Source of the DNA: an uncultured Clostridia bacterium
GTDB taxonomy: Bacteria; Bacillota; Clostridia; Christensenellales; CAG-917
Length of the DNA: 64,000 nt
NCBI GenBank assembly: GCA_944332815.1
Contig: CALVKQ010000003.1
Location: forward strand, 2,082 to 66,081
Reading direction: 5' to 3'
Each line of letters begins with the position of its first letter. Position 1 is the first letter of the stretch. Positions 8,270 through 18,390 of the stretch are shown here, piece by piece. Position numbers and translations under genes: made by a program. The notes beneath the pieces were generated by a model. That model was not told where the DNA came from. It ran no database searches and saw nothing but the letters and a program-made list of their open reading frames with translations.

Positions 8270-8957
8270 ATTCATCAAACGCGCCCAAAGCGGAGATGAG
8301 TCGGCAAAGGAGCGGTTGATAACCGAAAATCTGCCGCTCGTGAAGTCCGTCGTAAAGCGGTTCAAAGGCAGGCTGGAATACGACGATCTCATGCAGCTGG
8401 GAGCGATAGGTTTCCTCAAAGCCGTGGCGCACTTCGACACGTCGTTCGGCGTGCGGTTTTCTACGTACGCCGTGCCCATGATCACGGGCGAGATAAAGCG
8501 TTTTCTGCGCGACGACGGCGCGGTGAAAGTGTCAAGGTGGGCGAAAGCGCTCGCGCAGAAAATAGCGGCGTACACCGACCAATTGGCGAAGGAGGACCGT
8601 GCGGAACCCACCGTCGAGGAACTCGCCGAGAAATTCGGGTGCGAGCCTGCCGACGTGGTGTTCGCCATGGACACGGGAAGAGCCGTAGTTTCCCTCAATG
8701 ACACTTGCGGCGACGAGGACGGAACGCCGCTGGGAGAAAGACTGGTGGGCGGCTACGGACCGGATGAGGACATCGACCGCATGATGCTGCGAGAAAGCAT
8801 TAAAAAGCTGCCCGAACGCGAGCGGAAAATAGTCATACTGCGCTATTTCAGGGATAAAACGCAGAGCGAAGTCGCGGCGGAACTCGGGGTGTCGCAGGTG
8901 CAGGTGAGCAGGCTGGAAAGCAGGATACTGGCTAAGATCCGGGATGATATGAGTTGA
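8244..8957 (+). CDS. sigF: RNA polymerase sporulation sigma factor F
   Basis: FSTYAVPMITGEIKRFLRDDG and RYFRDKTQSEVA..LGVSQVQVSRLE; follows spoIIAB. Confidence 0.93.
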   Translation: MLAHEETLEFIKRAQSGDESAKERLITENLPLVKSVVKRFKGRLEYDDLMQLGAIGFLKAVAHFDTSFGVRFSTYAVPMITGEIKRFLRDDGAVKVSRWAKALAQKIAAYTDQLAKEDRAEPTVEELAEKFGCEPADVVFAMDTGRAVVSLNDTCGDEDGTPLGERLVGGYGPDEDIDRMMLRESIKKLPERERKIVILRYFRDKTQSEVAAELGVSQVQVSRLESRILAKIRDDMS

Positions 8958-9142
8958 ATGTGGTTTTTTAGAGCCGCAGTGACGCACACATAAGAAGTTG
9001 CGCGCGCATAAGAACGGAGATTTCGTCCACACTTATACCGTGGACGTTTTTTATACGGAAAACCCGGAAACGCACGAGATCTTTTACGAATGCGACGCGC
9101 CTGAAGAGTGCGCGCGCCCCGAACGGGAAAGGAGGACGGAGC

Positions 9143-9580
9143 GTGACGGATAAAGCAGAATACCGCTTGTATGTGAAGAAAAATTCGCCGCGTTCGCCGA
9201 TGGTGCGTTCGCTGTTCGCGGCGTTCGTCGTAGGCGGACTGATATGCTGCGTGGGCGAAGGCATCCGCGACGGGATAAGTGCGCTTTTTCCCTCTTTTTC
9301 GGAGGAGGAAGTGGGTGCGTGGACCACGGTCGTAATGATATTTCTCGGTTCGTTTTTCACCGCGATAGGCGTATATGACAGGCTCGGGCGCTTTGCCGGC
9401 GGCGGCTCCATCGTCCCGATAACGGGGTTTGCCAACTCCGTGGTTTCGCCTGCGCTGGAATATAACCGCGAAGGCGTGTTTTTCGGGATATGCGCAAAGA
9501 TGTTCGTCATTGCCGGCCCCATCATAGTTTTCGGTGTGGTGAGCGGCATAGTGGTGGGGATCGTAGCGTGTTTGGTGTGA
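9143..9580 (+). CDS. spoVAC: Stage V sporulation protein AC
   Basis: AFVVGGLIC...GSIVPITGFANSVVSPALE...KMFVIAGPII. Confidence 0.93.
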   Translation: MTDKAEYRLYVKKNSPRSPMVRSLFAAFVVGGLICCVGEGIRDGISALFPSFSEEEVGAWTTVVMIFLGSFFTAIGVYDRLGRFAGGGSIVPITGFANSVVSPALEYNREGVFFGICAKMFVIAGPIIVFGVVSGIVVGIVACLV

Positions 9581-9590
9581 GGAGGTCGGA

Positions 9591-10844
9591 ATGAAAACGG
9601 GAAGGCAGAGTTTTACGGCAAATAGACCCGTGTACGTGCGCTCGTCCTATACCATAGTAGGACCCAAAGAGGGGGAAGGCAGGTTCGGAGAGGAGTTCGA
9701 TACCGTGCTGAAAGACGACCTTTGGGGGGAGAAGTCCTACGAAAAGGCGGAAAGCAAGATGCATCGCGAGGCGATAAGGGGCGCGGTGTGCCTTGCCGGG
9801 ATGACCCTCGAAGACGTGGATCTGATGCTCGCAGGCGATCTTCTTAACGAGCTCAGTGCGTCGGGCTTTGCCATGCGCTACTTCAAAGTGCCTTTTTTGG
9901 GGCTGTATAACGCCTGTTCGACGTTCAGTGAAGCCGTATTGTTGGGAGCCGCGCTGATAGACGGCGGCGCGGCGAAAACCGTGACGTGCTCCACATCCAG
10001 TCATTTTGCCTCCGCAGAAAGACAGTATCGCTATCCGTTGGAGCTGGGAAACCAGCGCACGCCCACTTCGCAGTGGACGGTGACGGGCGCAGGGTGCACC
10101 GTGCTCGGGGCGGAGCGCCCCACCGCGGAAGGCGACAGAGAAAGCAGGGAAAGGTTTTCGGAAAAGATGAAAGCGATGCGCGAAGAGTGCTTGGAAGCGG
10201 CAAAAGCGGAGGATGCGGAAAAGAAAACCAGGACGGAAGCAGGCGATAACACGTTGTTTTCGGTAAAAGGCGGTGCGTTTGACGCGCTGAAACGGCGATT
10301 TATCAGGGCATGGCGTCCCGAATGCCTCGCCGACCCCGTGTGCGACGCGGCATACGAAAGGAAATTCGTGGCGAAAATAACGGGAGGGACTTTCGGCAAA
10401 GTGACGGACTTCGGCATAGACGACGAGAGCAACATGGGAGGAGCGATGGCGCCTGCCGCCGCGGACACCTTCATCGCCCACCTTATGGACACGGGGAGAG
10501 CGCCCGAGGACTATGATGCGATTTTCACGGGGGATCTGGGGCGGTTCGGGAAGGAGGCGTTCGCGCACCTGCTCGCAAAAGAGGGGATAAAGACGGACGC
10601 ACGCTACGACGACTGCGGCGCGGCATATTACAAAGCCGAGCAGGAAACCTTCCAGGGCGGCTCGGGAGCAGGCTGTGTGAACACGGTTTTCAATGCGCAC
10701 ATCATAAAACGCATCGAAAGAGGAGAATTGAGGCGTGTGCTGGTGCTCGCAACGGGCGCGCTGCTCAACAAAGATACGCCTCTTCAAAAGGAAACCATAC
10801 CCGGCGTGAGTCACGCGTTTACCGTCGAGTGTGAGGAACTTTAA
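9591..10844 (+). CDS. spoVAD: Stage V sporulation protein AD with internal insertion
   Basis: VGPKEGEG, AGDLLN, SSHFASAERQYRYPLE, NMGGAMAPAA, QGGSGAGC motifs. Confidence 0.93.
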   Translation: MKTGRQSFTANRPVYVRSSYTIVGPKEGEGRFGEEFDTVLKDDLWGEKSYEKAESKMHREAIRGAVCLAGMTLEDVDLMLAGDLLNELSASGFAMRYFKVPFLGLYNACSTFSEAVLLGAALIDGGAAKTVTCSTSSHFASAERQYRYPLELGNQRTPTSQWTVTGAGCTVLGAERPTAEGDRESRERFSEKMKAMREECLEAAKAEDAEKKTRTEAGDNTLFSVKGGAFDALKRRFIRAWRPECLADPVCDAAYERKFVAKITGGTFGKVTDFGIDDESNMGGAMAPAAADTFIAHLMDTGRAPEDYDAIFTGDLGRFGKEAFAHLLAKEGIKTDARYDDCGAAYYKAEQETFQGGSGAGCVNTVFNAHIIKRIERGELRRVLVLATGALLNKDTPLQKETIPGVSHAFTVECEEL

Positions 10845-10939
10845 GGGTTCGGCAGGGTAGAAAGTATTATCGAAAACGCCGAAAAGTATTATACTATTTG
10901 CCAATAATTAGAATACTTTTGCGGCAGATGAGGGTCATA

Positions 10940-11311
10940 ATGGAGGTTTTTCTCGACTATTTGAAGGTTTTTGCGGTGGGCGGAGCGTTGTGCGCGCTCG
11001 GTCAGCTGCTCATAAACAAGACTAAAATGTCTTCCGCACGCATACTCGTACTTTTTATGCTGTTGGGGTTGGTGTTGGAAGTCGCAGGAGCTTTTTCATA
11101 TATGAAAGAGTTTGCGTCTTCCGGGGTGACCATCCCGATAACGGGTTTCGGGAGCAGCATCGCAAAGGGTGCGATCGAAGGAGCAAAAGAGGGTGGCGCG
11201 CTGGGCGCGGTGAGCGGAGGTCTGAAAGCCGCGGCTCCCGGGATATCCGCAGTGGTCTTCTTCGGATTTATCTTCGCACTGGTGTTCAGGTCGCACAGCA
11301 AGAAGATATGA
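10940..11311 (+). CDS. spoVAE: Stage V sporulation protein AE (AEb type)
   Basis: YLKVFAVGGALCALGQLLI...IPITGFG. Confidence 0.9.
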   Translation: MEVFLDYLKVFAVGGALCALGQLLINKTKMSSARILVLFMLLGLVLEVAGAFSYMKEFASSGVTIPITGFGSSIAKGAIEGAKEGGALGAVSGGLKAAAPGISAVVFFGFIFALVFRSHSKKI

Positions 11312-11556
11312 GTTCCTGAAATACAAAAAAACCGATTTTACGAGGTTGCAAAACTTTGTTTTGCAAATTACGATTTTTACTCGCCTCATGTGCGGTATGC
11401 CTGTGTCGCCAAGCAGGTGCGAACGGTTTGGGCGATCGTGTAAAGAGGATCTTGCGCGGTGGGGATATGCGGCACTGGGCTTTCGATTTTCGTCCGCATA
11501 TCGCCAAACAAAAATCTCGTTCCAGGGTGCGAGCAGTTCCGCGCCGTTGCGACCGG

Positions 11557-12234
11557 TCACGGTTTCGGAGTGAGGTCCAAAAATCCGCCGTTTTGTACGG
11601 AGTCGCCGAAATAGAATTGCGGCACGTCCCCCACGATGAGGTTTTCCGCCACCAGCACTTCCGCTTTTACGGTGATGGTGGGCTCGTCTATGGGGGTGAT
11701 GATGTTTATGACCGCGTGCACGTCTATGTATATCTTGTGCAGGGTCTGGTTTATGCCTGCGGAGGTGAAGTAACTTACGAAGTCGCAAAGGGCGGAGCCA
11801 ATTGGCATAATGCTTATGGTGACGTCCGGACCCAACCCCATGAGCAGAGCAAGCCCCGTGAACGTGCCTATCGGGATGGAGATGTCGCGCAGCCCCAGCT
11901 CGTCGAGGTTTGCCTGCGCTAAATTGGCTATCTCTCGCGCTATCATGTTTATTTCCGGCGAATTCGCCTGCACCATTTCCACGTTACCTTCGTCGTCGCG
12001 CACTACGCTGAACAGGTCTTCGTATTCCAGTCCGCCGCCCACCACCGTCGTGACTGCAAGATTGACGGAATTAGTGCACATGGCGCGCACCTCCGCCACC
12101 GCGCTGCCCATGACGGTGGGGACTATGTTGTTGCGGAAATGCACCGTGCAGAAAATGAACGCCGCCACAAACAAAGTCAGCGCTATGAGGATGCGGAGCG
12201 CCCCGGGACGAATGTGTTTTTCCCTCTTTTCCAC
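11557..12234 (-). CDS. yunB: Sporulation protein YunB
   Basis: N-terminal TM; IPIG...GP...F.SAGINQTLHKIY...IVGDVPQFY. Confidence 0.9.
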   Translation of the reverse strand: MEKREKHIRPGALRILIALTLFVAAFIFCTVHFRNNIVPTVMGSAVAEVRAMCTNSVNLAVTTVVGGGLEYEDLFSVVRDDEGNVEMVQANSPEINMIAREIANLAQANLDELGLRDISIPIGTFTGLALLMGLGPDVTISIMPIGSALCDFVSYFTSAGINQTLHKIYIDVHAVINIITPIDEPTITVKAEVLVAENLIVGDVPQFYFGDSVQNGGFLDLTPKP

Positions 12235-12318
12235 GCAACATTATATGCCGCAGGGGAGTTTTGCGAACTCGGTGACGATGCAAGAGGGGAAGGAAGCGCA
12301 TAATTTATGCGGCATGAG

Positions 12319-12347
12319 TTGACGCGAGCGCAAAATATTGATATGAT
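12319..12347 (+). promoter_or_regulatory. Putative sigmaA promoter of pheST
   Basis: TTGACG-17 nt-TATGAT, about 55 nt upstream of the pheS ATG. Confidence 0.6.
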
Positions 12348-12400
12348 AATCAAGTTAATTTTCGTGCGCGCACATCGCGTACGCATAAAACGGAGAACAC

Positions 12401-13435
12401 ATGAAAGCACAGATCGAAAGCATCAAACAGGCGGCTCTCGCAGCCGTTTCCGCCGCTTCCGACACGCAGGCGCTGGGCGAAGTCCGCGTGCGTTATCTCG
12501 GCAAGAGCGGCGAGATGACCTCTCTCATGAAGGGGTTGGGGGCGCTTTCAAAAGAAGAGCGTCCGGAAATGGGCAAAGTCATGAATGCCGCCAGAGCGGA
12601 GATAGAAGCCGCACTGGAATCCAAGACCGCGCAAGTCGCGCAGCGCGAAAAAGAAGAACGGCTGGCGCTTGAAAAACTCGACGTCACGCTCCCCGGCAGG
12701 CAGCCGGCGCGCGGCACGCTGCACCCCATAACCAGGGTGCGCGAGGACATTGTGAGAGTGTTCCTCGGCATGGGGTTCGAGGTGGCGGAGGGTCCGGAGA
12801 TAGAGAGCGACCTTTACAACTTCCAGCTGCTCAACGTCCCCAAGGATCATCCTGCGCGCGATATGCAGGACACCTTCTACGTGAATGACTCTTACGTCCT
12901 CCGCACGCACACTTCTCCCATGCAGGCTCGCATGATGACCACGCGTAAGCCTCCCATCCGCGTCGTCATACCCGGCAGGGTGTACCGTTCCGACGACGAC
13001 GCGTCCCACAGCCCCATTTTCCATCAGATAGAAGGGCTTGCGATAGACAAACACATCACTCTGGGGGATCTGGAAGGATGCCTGCTCGCGTTCGCGCAGC
13101 AGATGTTCACCAAGGACACCGAGATAAGGCTGCGTCCGTCCTACTTCCCCTTCACGGAGCCTTCCGTGGAAGTGGACGTCACCTGCGCCATTTGCGGCGG
13201 TAAGGGATGCCGCGTATGCAAAGGCACCGGCTGGGTGGAGATACTGGGCGCCGGCGTCGTCAATCCCGCCGTGCTGGAAATGTGCGGCATAGACAGCACG
13301 GAGTACGGCGGATTCGCATTCGGGCTGGGGCTCGAACGCATCGCGATGATAAAGTACGGCATTCCCAACATCAAACTCTTTTACGAGAATGACGTGCGTT
13401 TCCTCAAACAATTCAACGGGGAGGTGGAGAAATAA
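12401..13435 (+). CDS. pheS: Phenylalanine-tRNA ligase alpha subunit
   Basis: HPARDMQDTFY, LRTHTSP, RPSYFPFTEPS, GFAFGLGLER. Confidence 0.98.
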   Translation: MKAQIESIKQAALAAVSAASDTQALGEVRVRYLGKSGEMTSLMKGLGALSKEERPEMGKVMNAARAEIEAALESKTAQVAQREKEERLALEKLDVTLPGRQPARGTLHPITRVREDIVRVFLGMGFEVAEGPEIESDLYNFQLLNVPKDHPARDMQDTFYVNDSYVLRTHTSPMQARMMTTRKPPIRVVIPGRVYRSDDDASHSPIFHQIEGLAIDKHITLGDLEGCLLAFAQQMFTKDTEIRLRPSYFPFTEPSVEVDVTCAICGGKGCRVCKGTGWVEILGAGVVNPAVLEMCGIDSTEYGGFAFGLGLERIAMIKYGIPNIKLFYENDVRFLKQFNGEVEK

Positions 13436-15828
13436 TGCTTGCACCCATCTCATGGCTCAAAGATTACGTGGACATCAACGTGTCCCCCGAAAAGCTCGCC
13501 GAAAAACTCGTGGCGATAGGCTTTGAAGTGGAGGGCATAGAATATCAGGCAAAGAAAGCAACTTCGGTCAAGACCTGCAAGATAGTTTCCGTGGAGAAAC
13601 ATCCCAATGCGGACAAACTGCGCGTGGCGCAGGTAGACATCGGGTCTTCCGTCATACAGGTGGTCACCAACGTCCCCGTCGAGGGCGGCGAGTACACCGC
13701 CGTGGCGTTGGACGGCGCGCGTCTTGCGGACGGACACGAGATAAAGCGCGGCGAACTGCGCGGCGTGCTTTCGGAAGGGATGCTGTGCGGTCCGGAGGAG
13801 ATAGGTATGACCGCAGCCGACATCGACGGGCAGAAAGAGGACGACATCCTGCGCTTCCCGGAGGGAACGCCCCTCGGAGAGGACGCGGCGGTCGCTCTCG
13901 GGTTCGACGACGTGATACTCGACGTTTCCGTGACCGCCAACCGCCCCGACTGCAACAGCATATACAAGCTGGCGAAAGAGGTCGCGGTGGCGCTCGACAC
14001 CGAGTGCCGCGAACCGGAGATAGCGTACGAAGCGACGGGCGACGACGTGCGCGGCGCGGTGGACGTAAAAGTGCTCAACGACGCGCTTTGCCCGAGGTAT
14101 ATGGCGGCTTGCGTGCGTAACGTCAAGATATTCCCGTCCCCTCGCAAGATGCGTATGCGTCTGCGCGCGGTGGGCATCCGCCCCATCAACAATATCGTCG
14201 ATATCACCAATTACGTGCTTACGGAGATTGGGCAGCCCATGCACGCTTTCGACCTCAGATATCTTTCCGGCGGCGAGATCGTGGTGCGTAACGCGGACGA
14301 AGGGGAGCACATCGTGACCCTGGACGGCAAGGACAACACCATGACGTCCTCCATGCTCGCCATATGCGACGCGGAAAAACCCGTTGCCGTCGCAGGTATC
14401 ATGGGCGGAGAGTTCAGCGGCATACAGCCCGACACCTCCACCATCATCTTCGAATCCGCGAAATTCGCGCGCGACAGCGTGCGCCGCACGTCGAGGGCGC
14501 TCAATCTGCGTTCGGACAGCTCCGCAAGGTTCGAGAAGGGCATAGATTTCGCCTCGCAGGAATACGGGCTGAAACGCGCTCTCACCCTCGTTTATCAGAC
14601 GGGCAGCGGCGAGATAGGAAAGGGCGTCATCGACGTCAAAGTGGACTATCCCGAGGTCAAAGATATAGAATTCACCACCGCGCAGCTGGGCAGGATACTC
14701 GGCTGTTCGGTGCCCAAAGCCAAGCTGGTGTCCATACTCGCAAAGCTGGGCATCCCCGTCACTCCGAAGGAGGGCGGCAAACTGGTCGCGCACGTGCCCG
14801 ACGCGCGTTCGGATATAGACGGCGTGAACGATATCGCGGAGGAGTTCATCCGCGTTTACGGCTACTCTCACATCAAGCCCACGCTGTTCAAGTACGCTGC
14901 GCTCACTCGCGGCGGAGTGCCCCGTGACATCGCTTTCAGGAACAGGGTCAAAGAAGAACTTGCCGCGCTCGGGCTCAACGAATGCATAACCTATTCCTTC
15001 ACGTCCCCCTCGTTTGCGGACAAACTCCGCATCCCCGGGGACAGCGAACTGCGCAAGTGGGTGAGCCTCATCAATCCGCTCGGCGAGGCGCTCAGCGTCA
15101 TGCGCACCGTGCTCACGCACAGTATGCTGGAAGTGCTGGCGTACAATGCGGCGCACTTCAACAAGAGCGCGGCGCTGTTCGAGATAGCGAAGACTTACCA
15201 TCCCAAGGCGCTGCCACTTACGGAGCTGCCCGAAGAGAGGGAGAAACTGGTCATCGGGATGTACGGCGCGGACGCCGACTATTTCGCACTCAAAGGCGTG
15301 GCGGAAGGGTTGTTTGCCGCATTGCACGTCGAGGCGGAGTACGCTCCGTCCTCCCTTGCCTTCCTGCATCCCGGCAGGGGCGCGGACGTGACAGTGAACG
15401 GCAGGAATGTCGGATATCTCGGCGAGATACATCCCGACGTCGCGGAGGCATACGGCGCGGACGTGAGATTGTACGCCGCGGAGTTCGACCTGGAAAAACT
15501 GCTCGAAGAGTGCACGGGAAAGGCGAGTTTCCGCGAATTCTCCCGTTATCCCTCCGTAGAGCGCGATCTTGCGGTCGTCGTGAGCGACGAAGTCCCTGCC
15601 GGCGACATGGTTAAAGCCGCTCTTAATGCCGGAGCTGAGGATCTGACCTCCGCGGAAGTCTTCGACGTCTACCGCGGCGCGCAGATAGGAGAGGGCATGA
15701 AGAGCGTGGCAATGAGTTTCACGTTCTCTTCCGTGGAGCGCACGCTTACGGATGAGGAGATATCCTCCCGTATGCAGAAGATATATTCCGCGCTGGAAAG
15801 CGCGTTCGGAGCAAAGATCCGCGCCTGA
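13435..15828 (+). CDS. pheT: Phenylalanine-tRNA ligase beta subunit
   Basis: HPNADKL, NRPDC, RPINNIVDITNYV, C-terminal FDVYRG anticodon-binding domain. Confidence 0.98.
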   Translation: MLAPISWLKDYVDINVSPEKLAEKLVAIGFEVEGIEYQAKKATSVKTCKIVSVEKHPNADKLRVAQVDIGSSVIQVVTNVPVEGGEYTAVALDGARLADGHEIKRGELRGVLSEGMLCGPEEIGMTAADIDGQKEDDILRFPEGTPLGEDAAVALGFDDVILDVSVTANRPDCNSIYKLAKEVAVALDTECREPEIAYEATGDDVRGAVDVKVLNDALCPRYMAACVRNVKIFPSPRKMRMRLRAVGIRPINNIVDITNYVLTEIGQPMHAFDLRYLSGGEIVVRNADEGEHIVTLDGKDNTMTSSMLAICDAEKPVAVAGIMGGEFSGIQPDTSTIIFESAKFARDSVRRTSRALNLRSDSSARFEKGIDFASQEYGLKRALTLVYQTGSGEIGKGVIDVKVDYPEVKDIEFTTAQLGRILGCSVPKAKLVSILAKLGIPVTPKEGGKLVAHVPDARSDIDGVNDIAEEFIRVYGYSHIKPTLFKYAALTRGGVPRDIAFRNRVKEELAALGLNECITYSFTSPSFADKLRIPGDSELRKWVSLINPLGEALSVMRTVLTHSMLEVLAYNAAHFNKSAALFEIAKTYHPKALPLTELPEEREKLVIGMYGADADYFALKGVAEGLFAALHVEAEYAPSSLAFLHPGRGADVTVNGRNVGYLGEIHPDVAEAYGADVRLYAAEFDLEKLLEECTGKASFREFSRYPSVERDLAVVVSDEVPAGDMVKAALNAGAEDLTSAEVFDVYRGAQIGEGMKSVAMSFTFSSVERTLTDEEISSRMQKIYSALESAFGAKIRA

Positions 15829-15835
15829 TCACGCC

Positions 15836-17884
15836 ATGTTTGACGACAAAAGTCTGAATACGCTCGAATACGGCAAAATACTCGAAATGCTTGCCGCCCA
15901 CGCACAGTCGGAGGGCGGCAAAGCCGCGTGCCGCGCGCTGCGCCCATGCGACGTGCGCGAAGAGGCGCAGCTTGCGCTGGACATGACTGCGGAGGCGGAC
16001 AGGACTTTGTTCGAGTTTTCCGTATCTCCCTCTTTTGCGGTGGACGACATCGAGGAGATACTCGTAAAAGCGGAAAAGGGCGCCGTGCTCGCCATCCCGG
16101 AGATACTCAAAGTGGGCAGGGCGCTGCGCGTCGCGAGGCGTGTGGCGAAGTCCGTTTCCCCCGTGTCCGGCATCCCCGGGCTGCAAGCCATGCTGAACGG
16201 GCTGTTTTGGGACGATAAACTGGAAAAGGATATCTTCGACTCCTTTATCTCCGACACGGAAGTCGCCGACAACGCCACTCCCGAACTGCGCGCGATAAGG
16301 ATACGCATAAGGAGGCTGGGCGACAACGTCAAGACCAAATTGCAGCTTTTCGTCACTTCGCCCACCTATCACAAGTATTTGCAGGACAGCATCGTCACCG
16401 TGCGCGGCGACAGGTACGTCATCCCCGTGAAGAGCGAGTTCAAAGGCGCGATAAGCGGACTTGTGCACGACCAGTCGGCGTCGGGTGCGACGCTGTATGT
16501 CGAGCCCATGCAGATAGTGGAGCTCAACAACGAACTCAAAACCGAAAAACTTAACGAACAGGCGGAGATAGAGCGCATATTGCGCAGTTTTTCCGCGGCA
16601 GTAAGCGCGCACGGGGACAGACTGAAAGCCAGTTACGCCACCATCGTGGAGATGGATTCCGTGTTCGCGAGAGCGCAGCTGGCGCATGAGATGAAAGCCG
16701 TGCGTCCCGAATTGGACGTTTCGGGAGAGCTTTCCGTCAAAGCCGGCAGGCATCCCCTGATAGACAAAACCAAAGTTGTGCCTCTCACCCTCGCCATGCG
16801 CCCGGAGGAGAGGATGCTGCTCATCACCGGTCCCAATACGGGCGGCAAGACGGTCACCCTCAAAATGGTGGGGCTGTTCGTGTGTATGGCGCTCTCCGGG
16901 CTGTATGTGCCGGCAAAGAGCGCGAAGACCCCCGTGTTCGACGGGGTGTACAGCGACATCGGCGACGAACAGAGCATAGAACAGAGCCTTTCCACTTTCT
17001 CCGCGCACATCAAAAACATAATCGGCATACTTGCAGTCATCACGGAGAGGTCGCTGGTGCTGTTCGACGAACTGGGCGCAGGCACAGATCCGGGAGAAGG
17101 CGCGGCGCTTGCGGTCAGTATCTCCGATCACGTGATGTCCACGGGCGCGAAGTTTTTGGTGACTTCTCACTTCAACGACCTCAAAGAGTATGCCTTGACC
17201 ACTCCCGGCGTGGTGGCGGCTTCCATGGAGTTCGACACCGCGACCTTCCGCCCCACGTTCAGGCTGGCGATGGGTGCGATAGGCACGTCCAACGCCTTGG
17301 ATATCGCGTCCACCCTCGGGCTGGACAAAAGCATAGTGGAGAGTGCGCGCGGCAGGATATCCGCCGAAAAAAGGCAGTTCGACAACGTGCTTTCCGCAGC
17401 CGAACAGACGCGCAGGCGCGCCGAACAGCTGGTCAGCGACGCGTCCCTCGACCGCGAAAAGGCGGCGAGCGCGCTGCGAGAGGCGGAAAAAGAGAAGAAG
17501 ATCATCGCGGAGAAACGCGAGAAGCTGGACGAGAGCATCCGCCGCGAAACCAAAAAACTCATCGAGGACTCAGTGGAGGAAGCGGACGAGATACTGGACA
17601 AGCTCAAAGAATTGCTCAACAATCCTGTGGTGGAGGACAAGGACGTGTTCGAAGCGCGCGCGCTCAAACGCAAGCTGCAAAACATTTCCGCGAAGTACGA
17701 CACCGAAAGCATAGTGGAGGACGAACCAGATCATTCCCCTCTGCGCCCCGGCGACCCGGTCTGGGTGAAGTCGCTGTCGAGGCGAGGGGTCTACAAGGGG
17801 TGCAATCCGCGCGGAGAAGCGGACGTTTCCTTCGGAAAACTCACCGTCAAGGTGAAGTCCGGGGACTATTATAAGGTGAAATGA
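15836..17884 (+). CDS. mutS2: MutS2-family ATPase lacking C-terminal Smr domain
   Basis: HDQSASGATLYVEP, ITGPNTGGKTVTLK, DIGDEQSIEQSLSTFSAH, DELGAGTDP; ends after a KOW-like segment. Confidence 0.92.
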   Translation: MFDDKSLNTLEYGKILEMLAAHAQSEGGKAACRALRPCDVREEAQLALDMTAEADRTLFEFSVSPSFAVDDIEEILVKAEKGAVLAIPEILKVGRALRVARRVAKSVSPVSGIPGLQAMLNGLFWDDKLEKDIFDSFISDTEVADNATPELRAIRIRIRRLGDNVKTKLQLFVTSPTYHKYLQDSIVTVRGDRYVIPVKSEFKGAISGLVHDQSASGATLYVEPMQIVELNNELKTEKLNEQAEIERILRSFSAAVSAHGDRLKASYATIVEMDSVFARAQLAHEMKAVRPELDVSGELSVKAGRHPLIDKTKVVPLTLAMRPEERMLLITGPNTGGKTVTLKMVGLFVCMALSGLYVPAKSAKTPVFDGVYSDIGDEQSIEQSLSTFSAHIKNIIGILAVITERSLVLFDELGAGTDPGEGAALAVSISDHVMSTGAKFLVTSHFNDLKEYALTTPGVVAASMEFDTATFRPTFRLAMGAIGTSNALDIASTLGLDKSIVESARGRISAEKRQFDNVLSAAEQTRRRAEQLVSDASLDREKAASALREAEKEKKIIAEKREKLDESIRRETKKLIEDSVEEADEILDKLKELLNNPVVEDKDVFEARALKRKLQNISAKYDTESIVEDEPDHSPLRPGDPVWVKSLSRRGVYKGCNPRGEADVSFGKLTVKVKSGDYYKVK

Positions 17885-18390
17885 CCGGAAATTACGTTCA
17901 AAAAGTGGAAGTCGCGCTCCGAAGCGGAGCGAGGCGGGATCAGATCCTGGGCATAGTGTTGCAGCTGATGGGGCTGGGGCTCATCCCCGTTGCCGTGTTT
18001 TTCAGTTACTGGATCTTTTTTGTCGCAGCGGCTGCGCTTGCCGTCGGCATCCTGCTCACGCAGCGGTTTTATTCGATGCCCAAGGAGTTCGGCTACGCTT
18101 TCACCGAGAACAAACTCATAGTGTCAAAGGTCAACATAGCAGGGCGCGGCAGAAGGATGTTGGAGATAGCGTATTCCGACGTCAGCGCGTTCACGGTGTT
18201 TTACGACATAGTGACCGAGCGCGACATTTTGGTTGCCGATAACACGCCCGACCTCAAAGCCATGACATTCCGCGTGGGCGGAGAGGAATACAGGCTGTTG
18301 TTCGCGCCCGACGAGTATCTCTGCGCGCTGCTCGGCGAGCGTCTGCGCAGGCAGAAAAACGCGTGTGCGGAAAGCGGAGGGAAGGCATGA
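17881..18390 (+). CDS. Hypothetical membrane protein (2 N-terminal TMs plus soluble domain)
   Basis: Overlaps mutS2 stop and iscS start by ATGA; two hydrophobic helices. Confidence 0.7.
   Translation: MTGNYVQKVEVALRSGARRDQILGIVLQLMGLGLIPVAVFFSYWIFFVAAAALAVGILLTQRFYSMPKEFGYAFTENKLIVSKVNIAGRGRRMLEIAYSDVSAFTVFYDIVTERDILVADNTPDLKAMTFRVGGEEYRLLFAPDEYLCALLGERLRRQKNACAESGGKA

Noticed and set aside
13450-17170. 660-aa and 474-aa minus-strand ORFs
   Set aside because: Antisense to pheT and mutS2; typical of GC-rich codon bias.
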